DNA of 56,847 nucleotides, counting the filler, from Asterionella formosa (taxonomy: Eukaryota), in NCBI GenBank assembly GCA_002256025.1. It is 6 parts of 6 records of this genome, joined end to end, with 100 filler letters (N's around TTAATTAATTAA, not from the genome) between each part and the next. Parts side by side here need not be neighbours in the genome. Positions count along the whole stretch, not along the records: positions 9,506 to 18,902 come from NKIB01010701.1; positions 19,003 to 28,394 come from NKIB01010711.1; 4 more parts are not named here. One strand, 5' to 3'. A model generated the notes under the pieces. It saw only the letters and a list, made by a program, of their open reading frames with translations, was not told the origin of the DNA and searched no databases. The position numbers were made by a program, and so were the translations under genes. Of the stretch, positions 11,928 to 23,843 are shown in pieces (position 1 is the stretch's first letter; each line of letters opens with the position of its first letter).

Positions 11928-14248
11928 CCTTGTCCTTCATTATACTTGATTGCTTCGTTTTTTCTTTTGCAGCACCTCACAGGTTGTTTGTAGAGTTTAG
12001 GCGGTCGCCCAGAGCTGGCTGAGGGAAATGTGCACAGTTTTCCCGATGTGACAATCAACCTGAGTTGTAACTTTCCAACAGTAAGTGACAACAAGCAGAC
12101 CGGCTAATGAAACACAACTTTGTCCACCAGAAATCTCACTCAGTTGTCATTTTCATTTCTCTATTTTCCTGTGGAAGCAGCATCCAATAACGATGATATG
12201 AGCAAGGATTGGGTTGGTTTGAAAGAAAACTGGCGTATTGAAAGTCCAAGAAAAATTCCTCCAAGAAGGCAGGCGGACATTGGCAATCAGACAAGGAACC
12301 AATGGGCGACAAGTTCAAGCAAAGCTACAATCAACTGAGCGGCAGGGACAGGGGAAGCAACAAAGGGGTATTTCAATGGACAGGTGTAGTGATGGAGGTG
12401 TGGAAGATTCCGATTCGCAGATGGATTCTTGTTCGGAGATCAATTTCGGAAATGCCATTGCATGCAAATCGCCTACAGATCCGTCAGATCATCAAAGTGC
12501 CTCAAAACATATGATAGTATCTAATCATTGATTCTTATAAATTTGTTATCATTATACTTGCTCATTAGTTGACCAACGCAACCAAAAACACCACCATTGT
12601 TAATCAGCTGGTTGATTTAACATTGCTAGTGGTTTTCTTGTGCTATACTATGGTGCTCGAGGGGTATCTTAATGGCCGATTTTTCCAAAATTAGAAAGGA
12701 GTGACATAAAGTACTATATGCATTTGTGGAGAGGAGGATCCACTAAAACTTCAGTGAAACTCGAAAAAGAAGTTTCACCTATAGGAAAAACAGGCTAAAA
12801 CAACCCGGAAAATACAAACGTTTGACTACGGCAAAGGTTGCATGTGTGGGCACTTGGTACACCCAAAGTCGACTCATTCGGTATGTATTTAGCGTTGTGT
12901 GTACGGAATACCATAGCCTACGTAGACATTAACACACCCTCACCAGCAGATTCAGGTAGAAAAGTGGGAGGAGAAAGGGGAACAGCAGCAGAAGCCAGGC
13001 AAGCATAGTAGTTAGATGGACCAGGGAGGGAAGGAGGAAAATACGATATGGGTAAGGGGTAAGGGGGTTGAGCATAGGGACACTGCAAGATGGGTTGCTG
13101 GTAGGGTTAGGGTTACCGTTGCCCTGACGTAGGGTTAGGGGTAGGGTTACGCACCCTCAGTGTTTGGGCATCAAGCTTGGGGATTATGTGGAGGTTGGGC
13201 GCCGCCGGTGGACTGTGAACCCTCAGTGATGGAGCAGGGCTACAAAGGGTGGGGTTTGGTAGAGGGGAGAGAGTCGTAGTCAAGAGAATTTCAAGGAGCT
13301 GCTGGTGAAGAGTGGCCTTGTGGTGGGTGGTGGTGAGTGGGGCAACCGGAGACTGAGTGGTGGGGTGTAACAATGCATAGGGAATGTCCTGCAGACTGGT
13401 TGTGATGAGATCTGTGGACGAATTACTAGGGAGGGTGACTTTGGTTGGAAACCACGAGACATTATTGCAGATGTGTATTGAATGGGTGTCCCACATCCAT
13501 ACTCGGTAGCAGCGGTAGGATTCCACAGCAGGGCCCACATACCAGCCGTCAAGAGCATGCGGAGACCGCCAGCATGTTGTGCTGTATTGGGGTTTGGCGT
13601 GGACAAGGACCCGACAACCAGGGGGCGCCAAGGGGACATGGTTGTAATTGTATTTTCCATTGACCTGTGCCCAAGCAGACAGTTTTGGGTTAATGCGCAA
13701 GCCACGGAGGAGATTAAGAGTAAGTTCAGCTTGATCTAAGAGTTGGTCCCACAGGTGAAGAGGAAAATCTTTGTCAACACCACAGAGGCCAGCAATGAAA
13801 TGATTTTGAAATGTTCGAATTGCTCATTTGGCAGCATTACAGCGATGGACTGCCGGAGGGACCAACTGAAAAACAATATCTTCAGCATCCAAGAAATCTT
13901 TGAGGAGTGTAGAACACTCGTTGTCAGGGCGTTGCAGTTTGAGGCAAAGGCTTGATTGGCACAATCTTTGGTGCAATTTCTTATAAGCGCCAAGGAGACA
14001 AGAAGCGGTTATGAAAAGGTTGGACGAAAATGAATGTGGACCGTAGGTTTTGACGTGTTTGGTCAAGGTGGCCTTTGATGATGGCGACGGAATGTGGGGG
14101 ATGTTTGCGTAAGGTAGCCAAAGTAAGTACTGGAAAATTGACAAGATATCCATTGAGTAACGCTTGTTCCAAGGTTAAAAGAGCAGGAGAAAAAAGATCT
14201 GCATGGGCAAAAGAGACAAGAGCAGATGCGGGGGGACTACCAATGGCA

Positions 14249-15159
14249 NNNNNNNNNNNNNNNNNNNNNNNNNNNNNNNNNNNNNNNNNNNNNNNNNNNN
14301 NNNNNNNNNNNNNNNNNNNNNNNNNNNNNNNNNNNNNNNNNNNNNNNNNNNNNNNNNNNNNNNNNNNNNNNNNNNNNNNNNNNNNNNNNNNNNNNNNNNN
14401 NNNNNNNNNNNNNNNNNNNNNNNNNNNNNNNNNNNNNNNNNNNNNNNNNNNNNNNNNNNNNNNNNNNNNNNNNNNNNNNNNNNNNNNNNNNNNNNNNNNN
14501 NNNNNNNNNNNNNNNNNNNNNNNNNNNNNNNNNNNNNNNNNNNNNNNNNNNNNNNNNNNNNNNNNNNNNNNNNNNNNNNNNNNNNNNNNNNNNNNNNNNN
14601 NNNNNNNNNNNNNNNNNNNNNNNNNNNNNNNNNNNNNNNNNNNNNNNNNNNNNNNNNNNNNNNNNNNNNNNNNNNNNNNNNNNNNNNNNNNNNNNNNNNN
14701 NNNNNNNNNNNNNNNNNNNNNNNNNNNNNNNNNNNNNNNNNNNNNNNNNNNNNNNNNNNNNNNNNNNNNNNNNNNNNNNNNNNNNNNNNNNNNNNNNNNN
14801 NNNNNNNNNNNNNNNNNNNNNNNNNNNNNNNNNNNNNNNNNNNNNNNNNNNNNNNNNNNNNNNNNNNNNNNNNNNNNNNNNNNNNNNNNNNNNNNNNNNN
14901 NNNNNNNNNNNNNNNNNNNNNNNNNNNNNNNNNNNNNNNNNNNNNNNNNNNNNNNNNNNNNNNNNNNNNNNNNNNNNNNNNNNNNNNNNNNNNNNNNNNN
15001 NNNNNNNNNNNNNNNNNNNNNNNNNNNNNNNNNNNNNNNNNNNNNNNNNNNNNNNNNNNNNNNNNNNNNNNNNNNNNNNNNNNNNNNNNNNNNNNNNNNN
15101 NNNNNNNNNNNNNNNNNNNNNNNNNNNNNNNNNNNNNNNNNNNNNNNNNNNNNNNNNNN
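14249..15159. other. Assembly gap inside the copia element
   Basis: Run of N without the linker sequence. Confidence 0.97.
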
Positions 15160-16161
15160 AGGGGGGTATGACCACCAGTCTGAATAGCAGCATGAGCACC
15201 ATGATATCCCACAGTGGTTGCAATTAACATGCGTAAGCATTCCTTATCCCCGTGGATGAAATTTGAGCAAAAATTCGCCCATGTATGATTGGTCGAGGCA
15301 CAGTCACGCCAAGTTTGAAGACTATGAGCGTAAACACCGGCCTGTTCCAGTGCGGAAAGAGTCAATTGCATGACAGTGCTATTGGATAAAGGTTCAACGC
15401 CGGCATCGGCAATGGCACGGGTATGTTTGATGCGTACCCATAAAGTCTTGATAGGTTCATCGGGTGTCCAAGCATCAGCTAAACGCATGCGGTTAAATTC
15501 GAGATCATCGGAACTTAATGTGGCATAAGTAATCTCTAAAATGAGAGAGCAAAGACACCACAGTGAGGTCGGCATATCTAAAAGTAGCATCTTCGAGAAC
15601 ATTGCAGTTAGTAGGGTCGATGGCCGTTAAAATTTGTTGACGAAGAAGGGCTTCGCGGATTTGAGAATATTGGCGGAATGCATCAATGGAGGTGTCGTAG
15701 AGACGGTTGGCCGCAGTGATTTGTGACTGTGTAGCAGTGGCACTGTGCGGCGGTTGGGTGCCGGGATGGTCGGATGGTGAAAAGGGTTCACCAGCACGTA
15801 GGAGATAAGGCGCAGCAGCCATGACAATGCCAAGAAAACCGTTAGCAACACCGCCACTGGTACAATGTACAGAGCGCGCATTGGCGAAGATTTCCTTCCG
15901 AAGACGGGTCATGGTGAGGGCTGAAGGTTTACCATTGATCGGCGTTAGGAGCGGATGAGGGAGAGGGAAAACGGCAGAGGAAACAAGGGGAGTCGCCATG
16001 ATGTATGAAGGTTGGAAAGAGGGGCAAAGGAGAGAATCGAGAAAAACGCGGGCAATTGGGGGTGGGGCACAGGCGCGTGAAAAACAGCGATGACTCCACC
16101 AATGTAGGCCGCAATGGCACGAGTGCTGCGGAAAACAGGGAGAGAACAGATATTGTAACTC

Positions 16162-16487
16162 TGTTGAGGGAAACCTTATCGTGAATAAAGTTGAGTTACA
16201 ATATTATGGCTATTCTATTGCTACTAAACGTAATGCGTTTGGGTAACTTATTGGGATATGGGCACGGAATCCCGTAAACGTAATGCGTTTGCGGTGGGTT
16301 TTTCACTCCCGATAGCATCGTCTTTTAGGGTTACCGAAACCAAGACACTGTTTGGTTTGCGTTGTGGTCCACCGTTAGCAACGGCCTTACATAGCACTCA
16401 CGCATGTATCTAATCTGGTGGTTACGCCGGTATGTATCGTACGTTGCGTGTACGGAATACCAACTTTGACACACATATGTTACAACA
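16162..16487 (-). repeat. 5' LTR (326 bp) with TGTTG...CAACA termini
   Basis: 5-bp terminal inverted repeat directly upstream of the gag leader. Internal duplicated AAACGTAATGCGTTTG. A 34-bp block is shared with the PPT-adjacent sequence at 12880-12913. Confidence 0.75.
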
Positions 16488-16775
16488 TTAACCCCCCCCC
16501 TATCTGTACCGGTAGCCTCGAAGACAAGAATACTCGCACACGGCCTTTTCAGAATTTTTAAGGCTATTATTATATTATATCGACTAAATACAACTCCTTC
16601 TCAATTGAACACTTTTGTTCCTTTCCTCTCGTTGGGTTCTTCCTGATGGCGCTGACATTGTTGCTTCTACTTTTTGATTCTTGTTCATGCGTCATTTGAT
16701 TTCACGGATAAAAAAGATCTTAACGTGTGTCGAGTTCACTCACTTCCACCAAGTAATTTACTAGTTCCCGCCAAA

Positions 16776-17563
16776 ATGAGTGCAGCAAAGGGTGGAGCTC
16801 GACGGTGCAATGGTTCTCAAAGATCAGTTTCGACACAAAGCTGTCCCATCTGCAAGCTGAGCCTCCCTTCTGTGGTACGTGTATTGGTTTGTTATTTCCA
16901 TTGTCGACCGACCAAGATCCTTATTTTGTCAGTGGCTTGCATATAGCATATCTTGATGGGTGCTCACCCTATATTCAGCGCAACCTTGACCCTGTCGATT
17001 ATGAAAGGGCGATCTTCAAGCACATGCTAAAATGCTCTGCCTCAAACAAAACACCAGCGGCAGCCTCATCACGAAACCTATTGACACCAAGACTTATTAG
17101 GAAACGCTCTGAATCACAATCAAATGTCGAGAAGGGAGCATGTACTTTCCAGCAACTTCCGTCTGTTTCGTGTTCATCGGCACCCAAAACTCCATCCCTC
17201 ATTTATAAATCGGCATTTGGTATAGAATCATACCAAAACCGGAGGCATAAGATTCCTAATATCAACACGGGAAGAGGAGAGGTATTGTTGCCATTGGTAC
17301 GTATGTCAAACGAGTCTGCTTTTGAATATCTGAAAATATGTGGTTTTCTCGCTAATAAGTTTTCTACTCAGTGCCTTGTTCATCAAAATCCAGAAGACCG
17401 ATTCATGGCAAGTCCTGTTGCGCCGAACACATCTGGCCTGACTTTGAAAGAAAGAGCGGGTATTGCTTCTGCTTATGCCATTAGAGCTCAAAGCAACACA
17501 TATTTGATGCACGGGGAAGGTATGCAAGGTTTCTTAGACATGTGCTTGAAAGAAAGTGACTGA
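16776..17563 (+). CDS. Hypothetical protein with N-terminal C2HC (UBZ-like) zinc finger, 2 exons (16776-16874, 16979-17563)
   Basis: Phase-0 intron GTACGT...GCTCAC...TTCAG. Splicing creates CPIC-x21-HMLKC. Confidence 0.65.
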
Positions 17564-17613
17564 CGAACATGTGCCATAAAATAGAATAAAATGTGCTTAC
17601 TATTGTTGCTATG

Positions 17614-18902
17614 TTATATCTTATTTACAAAGCCTAAAATAACATCATCTGCATCGTTGTGGTTGTTATTGGGTGGGGCCGATGGGGAATACATGCGCTC
17701 CCTCAACCAAAGTTGAGCAATCCACTTATCATTTTCCGCATTTTCCGACAAAGCTTCTCCACAATGCAACGTTCGGATATCAAATGGAACGTTTGGCACA
17801 CCACCAGCTGCAGGGAAGAAAAGGAGGGCAGATCCTTTTTTGGGTTGACTGATTGAATAATTGAAATGAGAATATTGTTAGATGAGCGCGCGCGCATTTT
17901 CAATGGATGTTATCAGCACGACTTCTTCTTACACTCGTAATGGGCCGCTGCTCCCACCTAAATCCCGAAACATTGTCGCACCCCCTTCTTCCTCGGATAG
18001 ATCTGTCAAGTATACCAACAAGGTCGCTGTACGCTGTCCACCTCGCTTCTCCAATTCTGCTGATGGAGCCAGCGCATCTAAATGCCACGTGAATTTTTCA
18101 TTTCTCCGATATCTCACAGTCTGTGGTTCTTCCCATTGCGTAATATCATCCAATCCCATTAGTCGTGAAGCCTTCGCCATGAGTTCTGGAACAGTCCTAT
18201 AGTGATGGAACCACGTAGTAGAAGTCCGTTGGGCCTTAGCTGACGCGTCCTTCCCCACTGTCTTTGAGCGGCTTTCCATGGGGCTAAAAGGTGATTTTAA
18301 GCTGGAGAGTGATGATTTTTGAATGTATTCGTCGCATTCTTCGGGCGTGAAAAATTCATCAACGACAATTACTAAGGGATCAACATGAAGTACCCGAAAC
18401 TTGTCAAAGGCTGGGATCCGGGACAGAGTAAATGCCGCAGGTTGTCCCTTGATGGCCAAATTACCAATGGGTGGTGACTGAAGCATATCGGCAAGGTTAG
18501 ATGACTTCGCTGGCGACGATGACAAAAGATCCTCCAACGTCATATCAGGAGCGTCGTCCATTAAATAATTAAAAGATCGAAATCCATAGATACCAGCTAG
18601 TCGCTCATAAATCTCCGTGCTGAGATCTTGCGCTTTGCTGTTGTCTCCGTAAAATGCCAACAAAGTCTTTGCCACCTCTGGTTCCAGTTCTGGAAATGCT
18701 GCAGTGTCATCGTGTCCCTTCGAAGTACCAGGCGATGGATGGCTGGCATCAACCATATTTCCTCCACCAAAGCCACCTGTAGGTGATGCTAATTTGGTAC
18801 CCTTTGTCTTCTTTTTCGCTTGCAAAGCAAAAGAAAGCAACGTTTCTTTCGACCATTGGGTCGAAAAGGCCGGCACCCGAGAAACAACAGAAAAGGAAGC
18901 GA
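17614..18902 (-). CDS. Prolyl 4-hydroxylase-like 2OG-Fe(II) dioxygenase, 5'-truncated, 2 exons (>18902-17933, 17848-17614)
   Basis: DPLVIVVDEFFTPEEC, RTSTTW, EEPQTVRY, WHLDA, GGQRTATLLVYL, RTLHCGE, KWIAQLW. An 84-nt GTAAGA..CAG intron restores V-QPKKGSALLFFP. Confidence 0.9.
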
Positions 18903-19002
18903 NNNNNNNNNNNNNNNNNNNNNNNNNNNNNNNNNNNNNNNNNNNNTTAATTAATTAANNNNNNNNNNNNNNNNNNNNNNNNNNNNNNNNNNNNNNNNNN
19001 NN
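18903..19002. other. Artificial scaffold-joining spacer
   Basis: N44-TTAATTAATTAA-N44. Confidence 0.97.
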
Positions 19003-19456
19003 TTCAAGAGTGGCCTTTCAATCTGAAGTATTAGACCTTGATGAATGCCAATAGACTTATCACCAGTGCTAGTCTTGGTCTATACCTCTGATGAGATGAG
19101 AGAAATGGAGACAGGGCTAAAGGAATAACAAGGTGCAGTTTCAAAGCAGGGCATGGGCTGGAGACTGCACTGAAATTATGGAAATACAAGTATGGTCGAA
19201 TTATACATGAGGAGTTACCCGTCACTTGTAAAAGTTGTGCTATATTTGTTGTCTCGATATTATTTGCAGTTGGCATGGCTCTGAGCATTGGAAGCACTAA
19301 ATGGGTCACCTGTTGGTACTTCAACTTAGGATCAGTTACTTTGACCTAGATATCCCAGTGTTCAAGATTAGAAATGGTATTCCTAATCGATGTTTAGTCT
19401 CCAAAAATTCTTGATAATCCGCACAAGGAAGCTGAAAGTCTTCAATCCAGCATAAG

Positions 19457-20461
19457 TTATCGAAACCGCAGTGAGCCTTTTCCTGAAGCTTGTTGCAGTT
19501 GTGAGTTATGAATTTCACTTGCAATATTGAACAGTACATCGTCCAAATAGTTGTGTTTCAATATGGTTGCTGTTACATTAGGTGATGGAGTGTTCACATG
19601 TGATGAAACATTTCCCTTATTTAGAACGGAATGCTTGTTGTAAGCCACAGAAAACCAGGGTAGGAAGTGTTCAACAATGATTTGATTCTGTACTCCATGC
19701 CCCATTTTCAAAATAATGCATTTGGACAACCTAGATGAGATAACATCGACCTGATTTTGAATCAGGAATGGAAATGAGTTTCCATTCAAGGTGTTTACAA
19801 TTTCCTCATCCCATATAGATCCAAACACTCTTACAAACTCGTTGTTGCAGCCTTCACCATGAATGCTTAAAGCAATTGGTAAAAGAGTATCCCATTCTTC
19901 AACGCTTAGGCTTTCTGCATTTTTAAGGGGGCTTTCGTTTTCTTGCAACATACGGAAGTTCCAGCAAGAAAAGACTCGTTCAACCGTTGGTCGTATTACC
20001 GTGAGACATGAGAATGTGTTGGTCGATGGAAATGAAGAATAATTCTCTTCTCGTCGAAGATTAAGAGTGTTTCTTACATCATCATAGAAGAGGTGGCCCC
20101 CGTAAAGGCTGAATATCTTTTCATCAGGTGGGAGGAAATATGTTTTACATGACACATTGCCATAGCAAGGTAGGAAGGATGTTAAATTCATTTGGTGTGA
20201 CGCATTATATAGCATATCCCTAATGCTAGAACCCCCAGTCTTGCGTAGATGAAAGAACACAAAAGGGGTCATAGGCGTCGGCATTTCCAACGGCTCAAGG
20301 CTAGAAAAGTTCACAACACGAACAGCCAATTCCTGATGGTGGCGTGAGTATTTCTCGTTAAGGGGATCGATGTGAATGTCATTAGAAATAATGAGATATG
20401 CAAATTGACAACTTAAAATAAGTAATCCCAAAACTGGTAGCCAACTTGATTTAGACATCAT
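19457..20461 (-). CDS. Golgi-type (type II membrane) sulfotransferase-family protein
   Basis: N-terminal TM helix, 5'-PSB-like FFHLRKTGGSSIR, 3'-PB-like TVIRPTVERVFSCWNF, and C-terminal NYLDDVLF. Confidence 0.8.
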   Translation of the reverse strand: MMSKSSWLPVLGLLILSCQFAYLIISNDIHIDPLNEKYSRHHQELAVRVVNFSSLEPLEMPTPMTPFVFFHLRKTGGSSIRDMLYNASHQMNLTSFLPCYGNVSCKTYFLPPDEKIFSLYGGHLFYDDVRNTLNLRREENYSSFPSTNTFSCLTVIRPTVERVFSCWNFRMLQENESPLKNAESLSVEEWDTLLPIALSIHGEGCNNEFVRVFGSIWDEEIVNTLNGNSFPFLIQNQVDVISSRLSKCIILKMGHGVQNQIIVEHFLPWFSVAYNKHSVLNKGNVSSHVNTPSPNVTATILKHNYLDDVLFNIASEIHNSQLQQASGKGSLRFR

Positions 20462-20841
20462 ACTAGGGGCCCGGGAATACCGGTACTAATACGAAGAAGT
20501 GGAGAAATGGAGAGGAAAGTACCGGTATGCAAACATGAGTTCGTAAACATAACTTACAGCATAATATATAATCTGATGCCAACATATCAACGACGGTCAA
20601 AGCAAAGCTTAATAATATATATGACGGTATATAGACTCGTATGTAAAGGATTGTGCATCCCACATCGAGCCGCTTGTCACATGTACAAAGCCGGGGGGGG
20701 GGGGCACTTACAACAAGTTTTGTCGTTGAGATTGAGACTGAAAAATTGTATGCTAATCCCCTATTATCCTCCCGATTTTGACTCCATCGAGAATTCGGGG
20801 GCATATTAGTACGGTAGTCAAAATTGTAACTCTTCGAAAAC

Positions 20842-20925
20842 TATGGAATTTCTGGTAAGCTTTTCTTGAGCACATTCCCTGCAACTGCAAGAGTGATCAA
20901 AAAAATGCTTACCAGAAATTCCATA
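20842..20925. repeat. Inverted repeat / hairpin with 19-bp perfect arms
   Basis: TATGGAATTTCTGGTAAGC (20842-20860) and GCTTACCAGAAATTCCATA (20907-20925), with imperfect inner extension. Confidence 0.85.
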
Positions 20926-21989
20926 CTTTGACGACGTTGTCATCAGCCAAAGTTTTGCGCATGTCATGATGGTTTGAGATTTAAATTCTTATGTAAATTT
21001 TGATGTTTCGTGATATTATATATATTGAGCTTAAACAGCCAATTGTTAGTCTGGTTATTTTGCAGTAAACAGATTGAAACAATTAAGCAGGGCTATCACC
21101 AATGCATTTTTCTTCAGCATCAATGTTCTTCCTCTTGCTTGCCCTCCTCACTCATGGTGATGCTTGCTCCTCCTCTGCCCTTTTTACTGTTTCTCATGCA
21201 CTGCATCTAGGGTAAGTTTTTCATTGCAATTCGAATACATTAGTAGCTGGGATGCCAGTGATTGCTCTCAACACTTGCAAACACATTGCAAGGGTGAGTT
21301 TGTTCCTGATATGTCAATTACAATCAACGCATTGTTGCTCTAGTAACATACATAGCAATAATGGCATAAAGGACATGTGGGACAATTTTCTTGATTTTGG
21401 AAGGCTTCCAGGCATGGTCGAGAACATATTTATTGGAGACCCTGTTGCACGCATTGACCAACGCTTTGGCCTTTGTGTAGCTAGCATACAAACTGGCCAA
21501 ATTTGTCAGTATAATTACCCTTCAATACGGAAACAAGATCACTCATCTCCAGAAAAATGTCTTCATTTTCGTTCTGAGCAGACAACGTGTTGGGGGTTTG
21601 GAAGGCACTCATGATTGAATATATTCATGACATCTGAAATTGTTGTATAGTACTAGATGGCACATAAATTGTGGAGACACTACACTCTTGTAAACCGTAC
21701 ACCCAGAATAGTGTAGATGATATACTAGTATTTTATTACGAGGTCATCATGTCGTTTGTTGTATGTAAAACGTGTTCATGTCGAAAATGTCTGTAAATCT
21801 GACACATTATGCATCCGAATTCTTGACAATATAGACAGTAGTACAAAAATTGTTTATATTTTTCGATTTTCATTTTAGTAAGCAAAACGAGTCATTAAAA
21901 ATTAGTTAGAAAAATTATCTATCATTGATAGAAATGCATATTGATTTGCTACATTTTTAGTCTTAAAGGGTAGTCCCGAATTCCCATGA

Positions 21990-23270
21990 CTCAATCATTT
22001 TGCATTTTCGGACAGTTTTGTGCAAAATGTGTAGGGGACCAAACATGCATACCGACCATAAGATTGTCTAAACCAAGCACATTCATACCAAGTTTAGTAA
22101 ACCGATTTTTCCCCACTTTGTTGTAGTACATCTGGGTGAAGAAAATGCCATTGGTTGGCCGACATTTCAATTCTTCCTCTGTACGAAAAATAAAACCTCC
22201 CTTGATCTTTGCACAGTGCAAATAAGACAGTAAGAGTGACACTGGGCAAAACTCATTTGGGGATTTCTTCATCGATCCAGAGGAAAAGATGTACCCAGAT
22301 CCTATCTTCTGACTTCCCAAAGATTTTTAGACAAGAAGCTTGGATATTTCCAGCACCATTGAAAAAAGGATTTGATTCAAAATTGTCTAGCTCGATTTCC
22401 ACAAAGACATCAAAGCGAAGAAATAGTAGACAAATAGAAATTTGGATGTTGTAGATGTCTGCAAGTCAATTAAGGAATTGCTGGACAGAAGTAGTAGGGA
22501 ATCCCGCAACTTCGTACCCAGCAAGGTAGGAGCTGATATTTACTAGGTTGCCCTACTAAGTATTCTTGTCTATCCATTTCAATTCTGTCCAACCAATCTG
22601 CAAAGACTGAATTGTATGCAGGATTACTAGTTCTAAGTAGAGCAGGATGACCCGCCCTTCTGGGTACTGCATCCCTTATACCATGGCATACCACGATAAT
22701 TCTGACAAGCCAGTATGAAGTTACCAGTTAATTGTGAGCCTTATCAATGCACCATACTGCAGTACAAAATCCATTACGTTTTTCAGGGACATTCCAATCC
22801 GCACAACATTTTATAAGATGTCCAATTACATCAACCATTTCCGTTCCACCAAGATCCAATAATGTCATAAAAGTAGTAGACGCATCGTAGCTATTTCTAC
22901 CACATACACATTACAAGGGATTTTACCTTCATGGATGGACAGGTTGCAGGAGATTTGTCCCTAGTACTAAGCATCAACAGTGACTCCTAATCACCAATCA
23001 ACTTCAAGAACTTGTAAGACCATGAAAGTTATCCTCGTAGCTTATCTCTGCTGTACGATATTGGAGTGCCCTTGTACCAGTCAATTTATCCAAGAAAGCC
23101 CAATGTCGGTCAACATATGTCTTTTTAGATTTGTCCAAATAATTATGAATTCCTTGAGCTGCTACTTTGTTATCCTCGTCAACATCTGCTGGTATATCCT
23201 TGGCATTCAAGACATCCTGGGGTAGATTGTTAAGCCTTTTAGTCTCAGCATGTGTTTTCTTCTTACTCAT
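21990..23270 (-). pseudogene. Decayed Crypton-like tyrosine recombinase
   Basis: Across frameshifts: SNPAYNSVF..QLLP, ICLLFLRFD (catalytic Arg box), IFGKSED..HLFLWIDEEIP-EFCPVSLLLSYL..GGFIF. Many stops. Element limits uncertain. Confidence 0.65.
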
Positions 23271-23843
23271 TCTGACAATTCAAGTATATGGATGCAAAAT
23301 TGGCAAGTGAAGTGAACAAATTATTCAACAAATATTGGTCGGCAGTAATTTTGAGGATCACATGATGTACTATTCCTATACATCAGTTATGAATGTGAAT
23401 GTAGCAGCACAGAGTCAATATAGTCTGGTGCAATTCAGGCTACTCTAAGCAAGTATTGGTGGTGCAATTGTGGTGCAAATGCCAATGTGCAGTTGAATTT
23501 ACTAGCAGTTTTTAGTGTTTCATCCCGTTTTGGGAAAAGTCCCGAAATGATTGATACCACTCGTACCGTAATGCCCCGAGTAACAGCTAGTTTTTTAGTA
23601 GACGAGTGACGCTTAGAGGTGAGCGGCAAAGGTTACTTGCCATGTAACGATAAAATTTATGTATGATGTATACTATGAGATTATGAGAATATAAATTCAT
23701 GAACTTGAACACTTTATTATTCATAGACGGATATATATAACATTTATCACATCAATTTACTTCCCCCTCCTTTTCGGACATTTGGTCACACGCCGCCATG
23801 ACAACCACAAATAATTGCGTGTCACAAAATACAACAAAAAGCA

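Larger units (their letters stand above)
12880..16487 (-). mobile_element. Degenerate diatom Ty1/copia (CoDi-like) LTR retrotransposon: 5' LTR, gag, gap, integrase, PPT and partial 3' LTR; RT/RNase H not seen
   Basis: gag MATP..FPLPHPLLTPINGKP..RKEIFANARSV (from 15999). Integrase pieces KGHLDQTRQNLRST, RPDNECS..FQLVPPAVHRCNAA, RINPKLSAWAQVNG..PLAPPGC. Frameshifts present. PPT GAGGGTG (12941-12935) is followed by TGTT. Confidence 0.88.

Noticed and set aside
13100..13150. Telomere-like TAGGGTTAGGG
   Set aside because: Only 2-3 imperfect units, corresponding to Pro/Asn/Thr codons in the copia integrase tail on the minus strand.
13981..15602. Long ORFs spanning X runs
   Set aside because: Artefacts of translating the N gap.
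5289..20461. Cluster of two P4H-like enzymes, a Pro-rich secreted protein and a sulfotransferase as a cell-wall modification locus
   Set aside because: The genes lie on three different concatenated scaffolds, and these families are large in diatoms.
20640..20809. IS630/Tc1-like motif (PYYPPDFDSIEN resembling PxYSPDxNPIE)
   Set aside because: A single short degenerate motif with no supporting upstream DDE residues or TIRs.
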